Part shown: piece by piece, positions 34,975 to 49,180 of the stretch
How positions within the stretch are numbered: position 1 is the first letter of the stretch
How the letters are laid out: the number at the start of each line of letters is the position of its first letter
Source: Lama glama
Taxonomy: Eukaryota
NCBI GenBank assembly: GCA_028534125.1
Contig: CM052816.1
Span: 32,056,001 to 32,120,000, forward strand
DNA length: 64,000 bases
Reading direction: 5' to 3'
The notes under the pieces: model-generated
Database searches by the model: none
Told to the model about the DNA's origin: nothing
The model's input: the letters and a program-made list of their open reading frames with translations, nothing else
Translations under genes and position numbers: made by a program

Positions 34975-35530
34975 AAAGGGGCATGAGGGAACTGCTTAAG
35001 GTGATGGAAACCATCTATATCTTGATTGTGGTGGTGGTGGTTATACTGCTGCACACACTTGTTAAAACTCATAGACCTAACTCATATACACCTAAAAAGG
35101 GTGAATTTACTTTAAAAAAAAACCCTTCTAATGTTAAAAATAAAAGTCTACTGTATAATTCTAATGATTCTGGGAAAGGCAAAACTATAAAAATAGTAAA
35201 TAGATCAGTAGTTGCTGGGATCTGCGGATGGGAAGGTGGAGATGAATAGGTGGAGCACAGGGGATTTTCAGAGCATGAAACTGTGCTTTTGATTCTGTAA
35301 TAGTGGCTGCCTGTCATTATACAGTTGTCAAAACCCCTACAACACAAAGACTGAGCCTTAATATAAACTATGGACCTTAATTAACAATGTATCAATTTGA
35401 GTCATCAATTTTAACAAATGTACCACAGGAATGAAAAAATGTTAATAACAGAGGAATATGGGAAATCTTTGTACTTTCCACTGAAACTTTTGGTAAATCT
35501 AAAATGGCTCTAAAAAGTAGTTTATTAACA
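34975..35530 (+). mobile_element. Old L1 (L1MC/ME-type) 3' UTR fragments
   Basis: ggtgatggaaaccatctatatcttgattgtggtggtgg; ttctgggaaaggcaaaactat...taaactatggacc...tctttgtactttcc. Confidence 0.8.
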
Positions 35531-38500
35531 AAACAAAACAAAACAAGATCTTGAACAGAAACAAGCACTCAGTAAATTAGTTACTATTATCACTTTCCTT
35601 TGAAAACAACAGCCAATGTGTTTTTCTTGAAAATACAAGATGCCTAGGCTTGGGTTGCATGTTATGGGGAGAAGAGTGTACAAACAAGCAACGAAGAGTG
35701 TGGTCCCTCCCAAAGCAGACTTCTTAAAAGCTGATTTTTTTTTTAAAGGGGAATATAACCTCATAGACGTCTTCTCTCTGATCATCTCTCCAAGGCCTGA
35801 ACTGCCTGCGAAAGCTGCTCTTTTCTCCCGATCTGCTCTCATTCTACATGATTCAGCCACAGATGCTCTTTCTCATTTCATGATCGTATCTGCTGTTTCA
35901 CCAAGGCACTGAAGACATGGAACAGCCAATTAAATATCATCACATTTTCAGTGCCCTTGGGAAACCCATACAGGAAACAGACTGTGTTTATATCTCACAC
36001 CACTGGGGAGGCTGCATAAGCTGAAAGCAATGTAGGATTTTTCCTTCTCTTTATTCTCAGAGAAGAATTAAAAACAAAAATCCAAGCCACACGGCCACCC
36101 AAAACAAACAACAAAAAAAGTAGTTTCAAATATAGAAACACTCTCCTTCAAAATGAATATTCATGTGGGAGAATTGTCATAGCGTCTGTGAACAATCTGG
36201 CCAAAGGGCTGTTTCATTCGGGGGGCGGGGGGGCCAGCAGCTCTCGGTGCTCAGGGCTATTAGAGCACAAACACCAAGTTCACTGAGCATGGGACCATCC
36301 CCTCCTTGGCTCTACCAAGCAGCACCTTGCAGGGTCACCTGCCAATGGAGCACCGGTAGTTGAGCTCACAGTGAGGGGTATGAGTCTTGCCTATGAGTTG
36401 GAAGGCTCGGATCCCAGGCTCACTGTGATGAGGACTGTCAGGGGACTGTAGTTGGGCTACATCATCTCCCAGAGCCTGACTTTCTTCAGTGGTGAAACGA
36501 GCAGGTGAGACTAAAAAATCTCTAGGGTCCCTTCCAGCTCCAACAGCCTGAGATTCTAAATTCCTACTGGGGGGTTTTCCAGAGCTGAAATACTACATTA
36601 AAAATGCTTTTAACTAATCTATTTATCTATATGTTTATCTGTCAGTTTCTATTTATTTTTAATTGTGTAAGTAAAACATGAAAATGGGAATATGAATAAG
36701 AAAATGTGGGGAAAAAACCCACCTTACATGGAAGGCCAGACCCCTCTGATTATCATTTCCATTACCGTCCCTTCCCAGAAATAACCAGTTACTATCCTGC
36801 ATGTAACCTTCCAGGTATTTTCACACCCATATAGATGCAGAGAAAATAGGCAATATTGTGTTTGGTTTTTTACATACGTGGTGTCATACCGTTTGCTTCA
36901 TTCTGCAGCTTGCTTTATCACTCAGTAACAGGTCTTAAAGATCCCTCCATTTTATGCTTCATTCTTTTATAATAGCTATGTTATTACACAGTATAAGAAC
37001 TGTGGTTTATTCATCCATGCATTTACTGATGGATATTTAGGTCGCTTATATAAACAGTGGTACAACCAGTGCCTTATGGTGAGTGAGTGAGAGTGCATTT
37101 CTCTGAGGCAGGCATTAATAAGTGAAACTGCTGAATTAGTTACTAGCTGAGTTATTTTAATAAGTATTACTAAATTATTCCAGAAACTATCTATGCCAAA
37201 AACCCACCTATAGGGAGGAGCTTTTCACAGGGTCATATGGAATAATGGTTAAAAGCACAGGATCTGGAAACAGACTGCATGCATTTACCCCTGTGCCACC
37301 ACTCATGGTTCTGGGACATTGGTTAAGGTATTTTCTCTGTGACTCAGTTTCCATGTATTAAAAAAGGAATAAAACATATGATAAGTTGCTCTGAGGATTA
37401 CTAGATGGTTACTGGCACAGAGTAACTGCTCCACATCAGCTTCATTCATCAGTATTTTTATTACAAGGTTTTGTTTTGAGAAGCTTCAAGCTTCTTAACC
37501 AAATGGGTCAGCCATCCCATCTCCCGAAGCACTCCGTGAGTCAGGCTTTTTCCAGACCCAGAGGTTAAATGCCTGCTGGGCTCATTTAACTCACACTTCT
37601 GAGTCTTTCTCTGAAGTTAAGCCAGCAGAGCCCTGACTGACAGGCCACCAGTGCCTGTTTGTACAGCAGTCTTTGCTAATGTAAATAACTAAATGCAAAC
37701 TGCACCATCTAAGAACCTTCAGGGGATCTGAGGACACATTTGGAGGAGGCTGATTTCATTAATATTTAAGAAGCAAACCACCTCAGACACAGGCCACCCT
37801 GACCCCACATGCAAGTCCATCCCTAGGGGTTGTAGAATGAGGACAAATCGCCAGGGTCCTTGCCTCCTCTTTCATGCAAGTGGCATCAGGTTAAAATGAA
37901 CACCAGAGACAGCTCAGAGAAGGGGGGAAAAGGTGAAAGAAAATGGTTTGCAGCTGTAAGAACGTTTGTAAAAAGACAAAGTCCTGTTTTGTCCACTCCC
38001 CTCTGTTATTGGTGAGTACCTGGGCAAGAACAGACTGTGGATGAACCAGTTTCGGTTAATTTGCTGAGCACCAGCTGGAGAGGCACTGCTCTGAGCTGTC
38101 CCTCTTTCTCTTGCTCACTGTATGCTAGTCCACTTGTCGCGGAGGGAGGGGGAAGCAATGTGGAAGATCTGGGGTGTTTTCACTTAGGATGCTGTGTGCC
38201 CGCATAAATGATTCCCCCAAAGGGCTGCTGAATATAAAATCTAGCTGTGTCATCCTATTTTTAAGGAAATATAAAATACGAACATAGGTTTTTTTTTCTT
38301 TTTCCCAAATCTCTACAGAAAAGGATACTGATGCCCAGAGAGTTAAGTTCACACAGGGGTATCAGAGCTACAGTCAGCCCCACGAGTCCTATTTTGCAGC
38401 CCAATGCCCTTTCCCTATGTAGTAAGCCGACTAAACAAGCAAACTCACATTTTTATGTTGAGGCTTCTAAGGCATGAATTCTTTCTCAGACAGTTGCCTT

Positions 38501-38614
38501 GGACTTTGGTCTTCTGTATAAAGGACTGTGTTTGAAGCAATACGGGAGGTAATGATTAAGAACAAAAGCTGGGGCTTTCACCAATCGTAGTCTGAATTCC
38601 AAAGCCAAGCTCTT

Positions 38615-39460
38615 TTTTTATTTTTAATTATTTTATTTTTTTTAATTTTTTTTATTGAGTTATAGTCATTTTACAACGTTGTGTCAAATTCCAGTGTAGA
38701 GAACAATTTTTCAGTTATACATGAACACACATATATTCATTGTCACATTTTTTTCGCTGTGAGCTACCACAAGATCTTGTATGTATTTCCCTGTGCTATA
38801 CAGTATAACCTTGTTTATCTATTCTACATTTTGAAATCCCAGTTTGTCCCTTTCCACCCCCCCCCACCCCCCTGGCAACCACAAGTTTGTATTCTATGTC
38901 TATGAGTCTGTTTCTGTTTTGTATTTATGTTCTTTTTTTTTTTTTAGATTCCACATATAAGCAATCTCATATGGTATTTTTCTTTCTCTTTCTGGCTTAC
39001 TTCACTTAGAATGACATTCTCCAGGAGCATCTATGTTGCTGCAAATTGTGTTATGTTGTAGGTTTTTATGGCTGAATAGTATTCCATTGTATAAATATAC
39101 CACATCTTCTTTATCCAGTCATCTGTTGAGAGACATTTAGGCTGTTTCCATGGCTTGGCTATTGTAAATAGTGCTGCTATGAACATTGGGGTGCAGGTGT
39201 CATTTTGAAGTAGGGTTCCTTCTGGATAGATACCCAGGAGCAGGATTCCTGGGTCATATGGTAAATCTATTCCTAGTCTTTTGAGGAATCTCCACACTGT
39301 TTTCCACAGTGTCTGTACCAAACTGCATTCCACCAGCAGTGTAAGAGGGTTCCCCTTTCTCCACAGCCTCTCCAGCATTTGCCATTTGTGGATTTTTGAA
39401 TGATGGCCATTCTGACTGGTGTGAGGTGATACCTCATTGTAGTTTTGATTTGCATTTCAG
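38615..39460 (-). mobile_element. Young 5'-truncated L1 with a 12-bp TSD
   Basis: ORF 39031-39378 contains CTPMFIAALFTIAK..KQPKC..DDWIKKMWYIYTMEYY (L1 ORF2 C-terminus); TSD agccaag(c/t)tctt at 38603-38614 and 39461-39472. Confidence 0.96.
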
Positions 39461-40990
39461 AGCCAAGTTCTTAACTGCTCTCCACACTGCCTTTACCAAA
39501 AGGAACACAATTGACCCTACCTCAACTACCTAACCACCTGCCAGTGCCCATTGGTACCTAATAATCACCAAGTTGATTACAAGGCATTCAAATTTATCCA
39601 TTTTAAGACATCAAAATGACAAAAATGAAATGGATTTGATGATTTGTACCAGTTATTGAAAGAACATTTAGACTTAAGTCTTTGTCTTCTCAGCTTCCCT
39701 GTGACAAAAAGAGACAATATGGTGGATTGATTGGTTCATCAACTAATTATTCATGCTTTCAACATATAGTTTTTGTCTACTGTGTATTAGATTGTTTTTG
39801 CAAGTTTGATACCAACTTTGGTATTTCTTAATTTTAAGTTGCTTTTGTATCCATATGTTTTAATTTAGTCTCTTTGTAAATTTTACCTCCCTTTTTCTGT
39901 TTATAGAAGCATGCTAGTTAAATATAGCTACATGATGACAAAACACAGCTGCAATAGGAAATTTCCACTGAATTCAAAGCGCATGTGCTGGATTTCCAAG
40001 TGGAAGTTACCCTGCATATTTCCCTGGAAAGCAGGGTTGGGAGAGCCAAGAGTAATTGTGGGAGTCTTTAGATAAACATGCCTGAGTGCCTGTCACCCCT
40101 ACATCGTGGGACATGGAGGTCACCACATCCAGGAGTTTATCTGGGCAGGAACTAGGCCAGACACTGGGGCCATGCATTGCAAAGCTGTGTGGTGCTGTGC
40201 TGTGGTACTGGCTTCACCTTAAGCACACGGTATTCATTATAGATATGAGAGCAGAATCTAAAAGTCAAATTCATGGTTCTTCACCCTACATGGCGGTTCT
40301 CCCCTCTGAACTACTGACCTTAAAATTAGTATCATATAACTTAGCATTTAATGAAAAATGGAGCACTCTGAATAAATACTCCCTGACCCAAACTCTAGTA
40401 GCTGCATGTGCTTTGGTCTTAACAGCCCACTAAACCTTAAGCCTCTTAAATTGTGGACCATATATTATTGTCACTTAGCTTCACCTGTGTATCGGGGTGC
40501 TAGGTGAGGGCAGGTGAGCTTTGAAATATCTGATGACTAAACTGTCTTCCTTGGGACAAAGGGAATTCCTTGCATTGAGTTCTCTTCACTACACCCTGGA
40601 ACTGGAATATAAACTTCATGAATAGACAGATTTTTGTTTTTCTTCTTCAACACTAGATCCAAAGCTTCTAACAAAGTGAATGGAACATAGTAAGAACTCA
40701 ATAAAATGTTTGTTGAATGGAAAAATAAATGAACCCATGTGCTATTTTTCACTGTCCTCTGTGTGGCAGCAGAGAGGAAATGTGTAGCTGTCCACCTTCC
40801 TGTAGCACATAAAGCAACAGGAAGTGATGGTCGCCACTGTCCCAGATGGCAGTCCCTTCCAATACCAAGCCTGGAATCAACTGTAAAGGATGTGAAAAAA
40901 ACAGCCCATTCAATCCTCTGCTATCTGAATCTACTTTAGAGCTAAAACACTCTCCTGTGGCTACAGCACCTAAAAGTGAGAAAATTATAG

Positions 40991-41173
40991 CAGTGGCTCT
41001 CAAAGGAGGTCTCTGGAAACAGTGGCTTCAGCATCACTGGGAATTTGTTAGAATTCAAATTTTGGGGTGTTACAGCAGACCTACTGAATCAGAAACACTG
41101 GAGGTTGGGCCAGCAATCCGTGTTTCAACAACCCTCCAGGTGATTCTGATGCTGGCTGATTTAAAAACCACTG
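40991..41173. mobile_element. MER5A hAT-Charlie
   Basis: cagtggctctcaaa...gacctactgaatcagaaacactggaggttgggcc...ccctccaggtgattctgatgc...aaaaccactg. Confidence 0.9.
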
Positions 41174-44100
41174 ACTGGAGGTCCACAGTTCTTGCTTCTG
41201 TATCACCCCATCTCCCACCCCTTCAGAATAAGGTTCCTTTCTATTTCATTTTGCTTTATCTTTCTCTACCTACATGATCTGGATTTTCCACATTCCAGGT
41301 TTTTCCCACCAAGTCGAGATCACCTGGTCCAATCTCTTATGTCCCAGGAGCAGTTATGCCCAGTTTTTTTCAGGGGGGACATGTAGGTTAACTCTCATGA
41401 AGGATTCTAGATAAAAAGTTTTAGCAAAGGTTCATAAGAATGCAGGAGCTAGTAGAGGCTTTGGAAATCATAAGATCAGGATCATTCATTTTATATACGA
41501 GAAAAATGAAGCTCAAAGAGACTAAATAAATAACTTAGCCAAGACCGAACACAGTTAAAAGACTAGAACCCAATCTTGTCACTCGCGAACAATCTACCTC
41601 CATCATTACTGCAAAATGCCCATGTAACTTTACATTTACACTTAAGATGTGTACTTCTAGAGCTTCAAACACCAACAAAAGTACATGGAACATTTTTAAG
41701 TTACAGTGATTCTCATGAAAACTTCCATATTCATTCCCATTTCCCAAGAAACCTGAAGCAAAGGTCACCTACAGATGACCAGCCAAAGGACTGGTCTTGA
41801 AAGACAAATGACGAAGTCAGGAAAAGACTAAGTTCTTCTACCTCCTACTTTGCAGCCCCGGAGGAAGGTCCTGCTGCCCACGTCCTCTGATAACATCCAT
41901 CACGAACTGGCTTAGAGAATGTGATTTCTTGGGGCTGAAAAAGTTGTTAAAGAGGTCATTCCCAATACTTTGAATTACAGATTAGACTGCATGTTCCTTT
42001 ATCTCTCACAAGATGGAAAGACTTTATCGAAGAAAGAGTCACTCTTAGCAAAGATTTTTGTCTTGGCTGCCAGACACTCAAACAGGGACTCCGTAGTACT
42101 AGGCAGACAGACACTAGTTCTAGCCGGCCAAAGAAAATCCGAGGCACAACTGAAATGCTGCAGCAAAAGATCCATCCACAGAGAGGGAAATGATAACAAG
42201 TTTGGAAAAGAGAAATTGCTTTCAGAATGAACAATTTTTGCCAAGGAAAAAAGGTAGTATTTGAGTAAAAGAAGGGAGTGTGCCAAGCACCTGTGTCCCA
42301 GAGCAACTTCTCTTGCTGTTTAGTGTAAATCAGGAAACCCAAGCACCTTAGAGGCCCTGGGGATGAAATGTGGAGGACAGGTCTTAGAAGGGTAATGCTA
42401 ATGTGTTCACAGATCTGCTGGGGCTTTGGAGCCTGGCACAGCCTTGCCCCCTGCTGGCTCACTGCTCTCCTAACCTACCATACCTGGTGGTTATTTATTT
42501 TTCCAGGGACCGCAAGAGGAGGTCAAGCCCGGCCATACTGAGAACAGAATGGTTCCAGGAATCTTGCTGAGAAGTCCAAAAATATCTACCATCCCACAGG
42601 CAACTTTATCTGCCCAGTCTTTTTTTAATCAGGTCATCCTACTACTAACAGTGACTGGTGATGTTCCTTGGGCAGTGAACATAAACTTAAACTAGTTCAG
42701 GATCAATGAACAGGTCATGTTGTACATCATTATCAGCATTCTTACTTTTCATCAATTTGGCTTTATAGGCCCACCAGAATTTCTTTCAGATTTCAGGTCT
42801 TGGGCTAATTTACTTATGACTCTCCTATTACATGCAAGTTGCATAATCATGTTGTAAGTGAAAAGTGATGTTGTAATGAAATCCTTCGAGGACTTCCAGG
42901 AATAACTTTCTTGGATACAGTCCAAGATGAAATCACCTTACACTGAATTCAAGGCTTATAGGAACTATTTTAAGGCATTAGTGTGAGTGTGTGTGCATCT
43001 GGGGCATAGGACATGCTCCCTTTGAAGTTTTCTGTCTCGGCAAATGACACCACTGTCTCTTTAGGCTACCCTGAAAACCTTGGCATCATCTCCTTTGATT
43101 GGCTTTTCCCATCACTCATATCCAACATTTCCCCAAGACCTATCACAAGTTTCTTTGAAATATTTCTTTCATTTATACCTTCTTGTGCATTCTCTTTGCA
43201 CCTTAACCCTCGGTCTCATCAGTCTAGAGCTTAAATTACTGCAGAAATTGTCAAGCTATCCTTCCAGATTCCAGTCTCTCTCTCCTTCAATCTGTCCTAA
43301 ACTCAGCTTCCAATCTGCATACACAGGAAAAACCTTTTTGCCTATTTTCTAGAACAAAATCCAACAAGGTTTGTATTCCTTATTTTAACTACATTTCTTA
43401 TTCATCACCCAACATACAATAGACATCATTTAAAAGAGCAAAGTGAAAAGTAGTTGTGTTGGGAAGGAATAGGACAATTTATATGAAAATGCTTAATGTA
43501 TTCAGAAACATTTTATCCATGTAAAGAATTAAAGGAAAAAGTCTTTCAGAAACACTTGGGAAACATTTGTAACATGCCTCACACATCATTTTGTGGTTCA
43601 CTGCTCATAAAAGAACCATGAATGCTCTGGAGTTCAGATCAAGATGGACTATGTCTACTTTTGCCCGAAATCCCTAAAAGTGACGGGAAAGAATCTTAAA
43701 ATTCTGAAAACACAGACAGACAAAAATGATGAGGAATCCCTGAAAGAAAACAGATGAAAAAGAAATAATGACTAAAACCACAGCCTAGAATGCATTTCAA
43801 AGGAAACAGCTTTGAGAGTGGAAAGTATCGAAGGTACCTTGGGCTCAGAGGCTTCAGAGACAGAGAAGAGGAAATGTTCCTGTAGCAAGTGATGGTGGTG
43901 GGTTAGGGCTCTGCTTTTGGAACAGCCAGATATGTGGTGTTCCCTCTCTGCCTTCTGCTTGGGCTAAGCAGTGGCTGCAGAGTTTTTTGTCCCTAGGGTG
44001 ATGGGACAGAGGATGTTGGGTCAGAAGCATGGGATGTTGGGTCAGAAACGGGTGGTAGTGACTCTGGTTGCTACTGATACACAAGCAGGGTGAGGTGAGG

Positions 44101-45389
44101 AGTGCTAAGCACAAGAAGAAACTGATGCCACATACCTAGAAGACTCAATGCAAGCAAACATCATATTCTCAATGAAGTCTTTGATTTCCTCAGGGTAGTT
44201 AGGCTCCATTCTTTTGTATCTTCTATAGATCGCCCTCATATCAACTGTCATATTGCATTATATTTGATAACAGGAGCCCTAACATAATTGTGTCATTTTA
44301 TGATTAAATTTCAGATCTATGGGAACATATCAGCTGCTATATCGCTATAGAGAACAAATTAAAATGCTTAGACTAGTGTAAGAAAATCTTGTTTTAAATG
44401 TAGGAACATGGCCAATAACAGTAGGTTGCATACAGTAGGTATGACATAAGTATTGATTAAAGATAGTGCTAATAATGTTTCTCAGTAAAATTCTAAATAT
44501 CCCACAAAGAACTTTTAGCAATTGGAAGCACAGCCCAGAAAATTATTACAGTCTTGAAATACATAATATATAATAAATATATATAAAATAAATATAAATT
44601 ATGCCATGCAAATACTAAGTGAAAAATGAAATGAATGAAATGGTGCAAATAGTACATCTACATGTGATGATTTTCTTATTTACCTTTTTAGCATAATTAT
44701 CATATTTTTATATTCCCCTAAACAGTTATGGAAACTTATTATTTTTAATAAATTATGAGTATAATTTTGAAAGAATGTGCATTTTTTATCAAAAGAAATA
44801 CATTAAATTATACTATACCAGAAAATAATCAACTAAGTACAATTCTTCGTATAAAGCCTCCATTTACAATGAATTCATGTGGAAATTATAAGTTTGGTGA
44901 GATGTTTATATTTTGGACAAGAATTAAAATTCCCTGAGGATAGTCAAATTATCCATGCAAAAAGCATGTAAATTTCTCCAGTAGTTGGTAGGCTTGTAGA
45001 TGACAGTACATGCTGGTGCAGAGAACAGACTGTCACTGAAATATTTGCAAGGATGTAAGTCAGAGAGCAGGGAAGCCAGCTAAGTGTCAGCACCTTATTA
45101 TTAGTACCTACTTCATTATTCAAGTAAGGAAGCTATAGCTCTCTCCAAGGTATGAAGAACACAGTGAGGCCCCCAGGGCAGGTTCAGACCTATGAAGGCA
45201 AGACTCCAGGATGTGGAGTTCTTTCACTCAAGGCAACAATATTGGGAAAATGGAGGATGGAAGATAGCTGCAATTTTATGAACGGACTTTGAAACAGTTG
45301 TTAACGTCATAGAAAAATAGGCTACCTGAACCATGCTATATCTTTTCACACATTTATAAATCTGCTACCAATCATAGGCCAGGAGAAGG

Positions 45390-46590
45390 TAAACTTTATT
45401 CATTGATTCATTAACTTTTATAGTGTAATTTCTTTTATCAGGCCCTGTGCTACATTTGGGGACCATAGCAGTGAATCTGACAAACAGGGTTTACAATCTG
45501 TTAAAGAAGACAGATAGAAAACTACTCATTGCACAATTACTTGTTTATAATTGTGGCATATATAACAAGGAAGAGAGTCAAATAGGAGCACGTCGTATTT
45601 AAAAATCAAGAGAAAACCAGTGTAGCTCATCTCAGCCAACAAAGAGAAAGGTCACACCAGAGTAGGTTTGCTAAGGTAATCAGGAGGCTGGATTATTTAG
45701 GGCACTAGAAGACATAATAAATATGTTGCTATTGATCTAAGAGCATAGTCATTGAAAGCTTTTAATCAGGGGATAATATGATCTTATTTGCAATTGTAAA
45801 AGACCACTCTGACTTCTAGGTGAAAACAGATTCAAGGGAGGAAAGAATGGGCTCTAGGGGACCAGTTAGACGGCTGTGGTAGTGTCCAGGTGAAAGTGGT
45901 GATGGTGGTGCCATGTGCAGGTGCAGAATGACAGTAGTAGAGATAGATAAAATGTAAGAAAGAGTAATTTAACAATCCAAGTGATGTGGTGATAGATTAA
46001 ATGTGGAGAGTGAATGAGAGAGGGGATGATTTTCTGCTCTCTTCTTGAGGACAATGCCATTCACTGAGATAGATTACATTGGAAGAAAAGGAGATTTGAG
46101 TTCAGTTTTGTATGTACTGTATGTGTGATACCCATAAAGCACCCAAGTAGAGAGACTGAGGTGGGCATTTGGATGTTGGATACTTAGGCTTGGAAGTCAG
46201 AAAAGAGATCTGTGCTGAAAAGTGTACATTTGGAAATAGTCTCTTTCCAAATAGTTGAAGATTTGGGCACAGATGAGTTAGCTTGCAGATAATTTTAGTG
46301 AAGGAGAAGGAGGAGGAGAAGAAGAAGAAAGAGAAGTAAGAGGAGGAGAAGAAGAAGGGGGGGAGGAGGAGAAGGAGAAGGAGGAGGGGAATGTAGTCTA
46401 GGACAAAGCCTTAAGGAATTCTAACATCTAAAGCTTGATGGGAAGAGGATAAGACAATGAGTCTGAGAAATAGTAGCCAGAAAGATGAGCAACTATGAGA
46501 CTACAGTGACACTGAATCAAGGGGAACTGAATATTTCAAGAAGCAATTATAATTAATGTTAAATGGTGATGAGCAGTTGAAGAATATAAA
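45390..46590. mobile_element. L2 fragment containing a purine-rich (GGAGAA)n repeat at about 46300-46390
   Basis: ttttaatcaggggataatatgatc...gaccagttagacggctgtggtagtgtccaggtga...gagttcagttttg. Confidence 0.8.
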
Positions 46591-48786
46591 GACCTTATTC
46601 CATCATCTGCTATTCCTATCCAAGATGGTTCATACACATGGCCAGCAAGCTGGTGCTAGCTTTCAGCTGGAAACTTGGTGGGAACTGCTATCTGGAATCC
46701 TCAGTTCTTTTCCACAGGGACTGTTTGGGCTTCCTTACACCATGGCAATCAGCTGCATCAGCAAGCGTTCAGGATACAGGAAGATTTTAAAGTGTGAGCC
46801 CAGAAAATGATACCACGTCACCCCTATAATAATTGTTCAAGCAGTCATGTTGTTCACCAAGATTCAAGGGATTGAGATATAGACCACACTTTATGAAGGA
46901 AGACTCTAAGAGAAATCATAGCATTCTTTAATCTACCAAGGATCTCAATATTTCACATGTACAATCCTAATCATTGCAACATGTTTTATAAGCAGAAAAG
47001 ATTGGAAATAACCTAAACATTCATGATTGGGATTAAATAAATTAATGTAAATTATCTTAAGTAATTTAAGTAACATTAAATAAATTAATTTAAATTTATA
47101 AAGTTAAATACTATGTACCATTTAAAACCAATGGAAATACTTTTGATATAGCATTATAAAAATATAACCATGAGATATTATTGAGTTAAAAAAGTAAAAT
47201 TTAGTATGTTTAGCTAACATTTTTATGTATAAAACATAGTTATAGTATAAAAACAGATATATAATATACCTGTGTATTAAAATCAAAGGCGGGCAATAAT
47301 CAGGAAAAATGCCTTCAAAGGCTCTTTAAGAGAGTGATGATGAAAAAATGTTGAGAAAACACTTTTCTGGAAGGATATAAAGAAATGAGTCCATGCAGTT
47401 GCCTGAGAGAGCAGAAATGAGTTACTGGGAGAAGGTAGTAATGAGAATAAGAATGTTAAGTGTGTGCTCTTTCATATTTTTGATATTAGAATCATAGTAA
47501 GAAAATATGTATCAAAAATTTAATTAAAAATAAAATTTAAAAAGGTTATCCATTTTATTTAATCATATAATATTACTGAATAGGGACTCTTTCAGCATAT
47601 TACAGTACATATAAATCCTATACTTTTAAAAGTCTAGTCTGGGCAAAGAATTAACAATTTCACTCAGTTATCCTCAAAATAGAAACTGGTAAAGTGACAT
47701 TTTAGGCAAAACATCAAAAATCAATTATTACTATATATGTATGGGAAACAGTTTTGAAAGAGATTGTGTGGCTACCTGCTTCATTCTGAAGGGAAAGAGC
47801 AAGTTCCTCTCCCAGGGGTGTGAAGGACCACTGGAGTTCTCTCAGTGCTCAAGTGTTCCCTCCTTTACACCCCAGGAGAGGAGAAGCAGCTATAAGATTC
47901 AGAGAGATAGATGCAATGTGAGCAATCAAATTCCTTAGCTACATCTAGATTCACAAAATGGTTTTTTTTCACATGTACCAATGCCACAACTTACAGTACA
48001 GAAGAATGCAGCCATAGTAAATGCTTGGCAATCTCCTAGTTGGACACATCCATATGGAAAACTAGCCAAATAAACATGTCTTTGCTATAATCTCTGCTCC
48101 TTAACATTGAAAATCCACTGTAGGGTTGTAGCTCTTTGCTGAAGGCACCAGGAGATGAGCCATATTGGACCTGACCCTGGTCTGTGAATGACAGCATGCA
48201 GCACTGGGAGCTGGACCATGTCCTAGTGAGGGACTTGGTCTCTCTCAGTGTTGCAAGCACCAGCAGACCACATGGTGCCATGTTGCCACTATGACAAATA
48301 CAAGGCAGCTTGAAAGGATAAGGAAGACACTTGGAAGCAGTAAACAGTTACGGCTTAGTGTAATACTGGCCTTGCAAAACAGTGGCCATTTCATCATCAG
48401 AGTTCCTATCTCCCTCCAGTGATCCCAACTGATACTGATGAAGCTGACTTAATTGCTGGATACAGAGCACTGAAAATAATTTTAAAAGTCCACTTAGACC
48501 ATGCATCATTTACCAAATATACTCCCAGGTTACATCAAGTGCAAATCTGATCACAATTGCTCCTTAGAAAAGAATGTGAATACATGTGGCTGCAACCTAA
48601 AGCATAAGTTCTGTTCAACAATGCATAAAGGCTAACATTAAAAATCACCAGGGGATACGGAGCCACTCCCTGCCAACTTTGGATGCACTCCACTGCCTTG
48701 AAATGCAGCCTTGTTGTGGGTTCCTCTATGGACACTCCGATAGGAGTTGTTAGAAAGAGAATGGTGGTTAATTCTCTCTAAACTAT

Positions 48787-49180
48787 TGTCTTCGTTCTTG
48801 TTGCCGTAACAAAATACCATGTACTGGGTGGCTTAAACAATAGAAATGCATTTCCTCCCAATCTGGAGACTGGAAGTCTGAGATCAGGATACCAACATGG
48901 TCGAGTTCTGGTGAGAGCTCTCTTCCTGGCTTGCAAATGACCACCAACTTACTATATATTCACATGGCCTTTCTCAGTGCATGCACAAAAAGAGAGAAGA
49001 CAGAGAGCTTTTTCTTCTTACAAGGCCACCAGCCCTATTGGATTAGAACACCATCCTTATGACCTCATTTAACCTTAATTACCTGCTAAAAGTCCTATCT
49101 CCAAATACAGTCACACTAGGGGTTAAGGCTTCAACATATGAATCTGGGGAGAAGAGGGGATCATAATTCAGTCCATAGCA
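48787..49180 (-). mobile_element. MLT1B-type MaLR solo LTR
   Basis: tgccgtaacaaaataccat...ggtggcttaaacaa...ccttatgacctcatttaaccttaattacct...aattcagtccatagca. Confidence 0.9.

Noticed and set aside
41956..42462. 168-aa ORF, and similar 100-140 aa ORFs elsewhere (e.g. 40846-41277, 21318-21734)
   Set aside because: No recognisable domain or splice support; 40846-41277 overlaps MER5A; consistent with chance ORFs.
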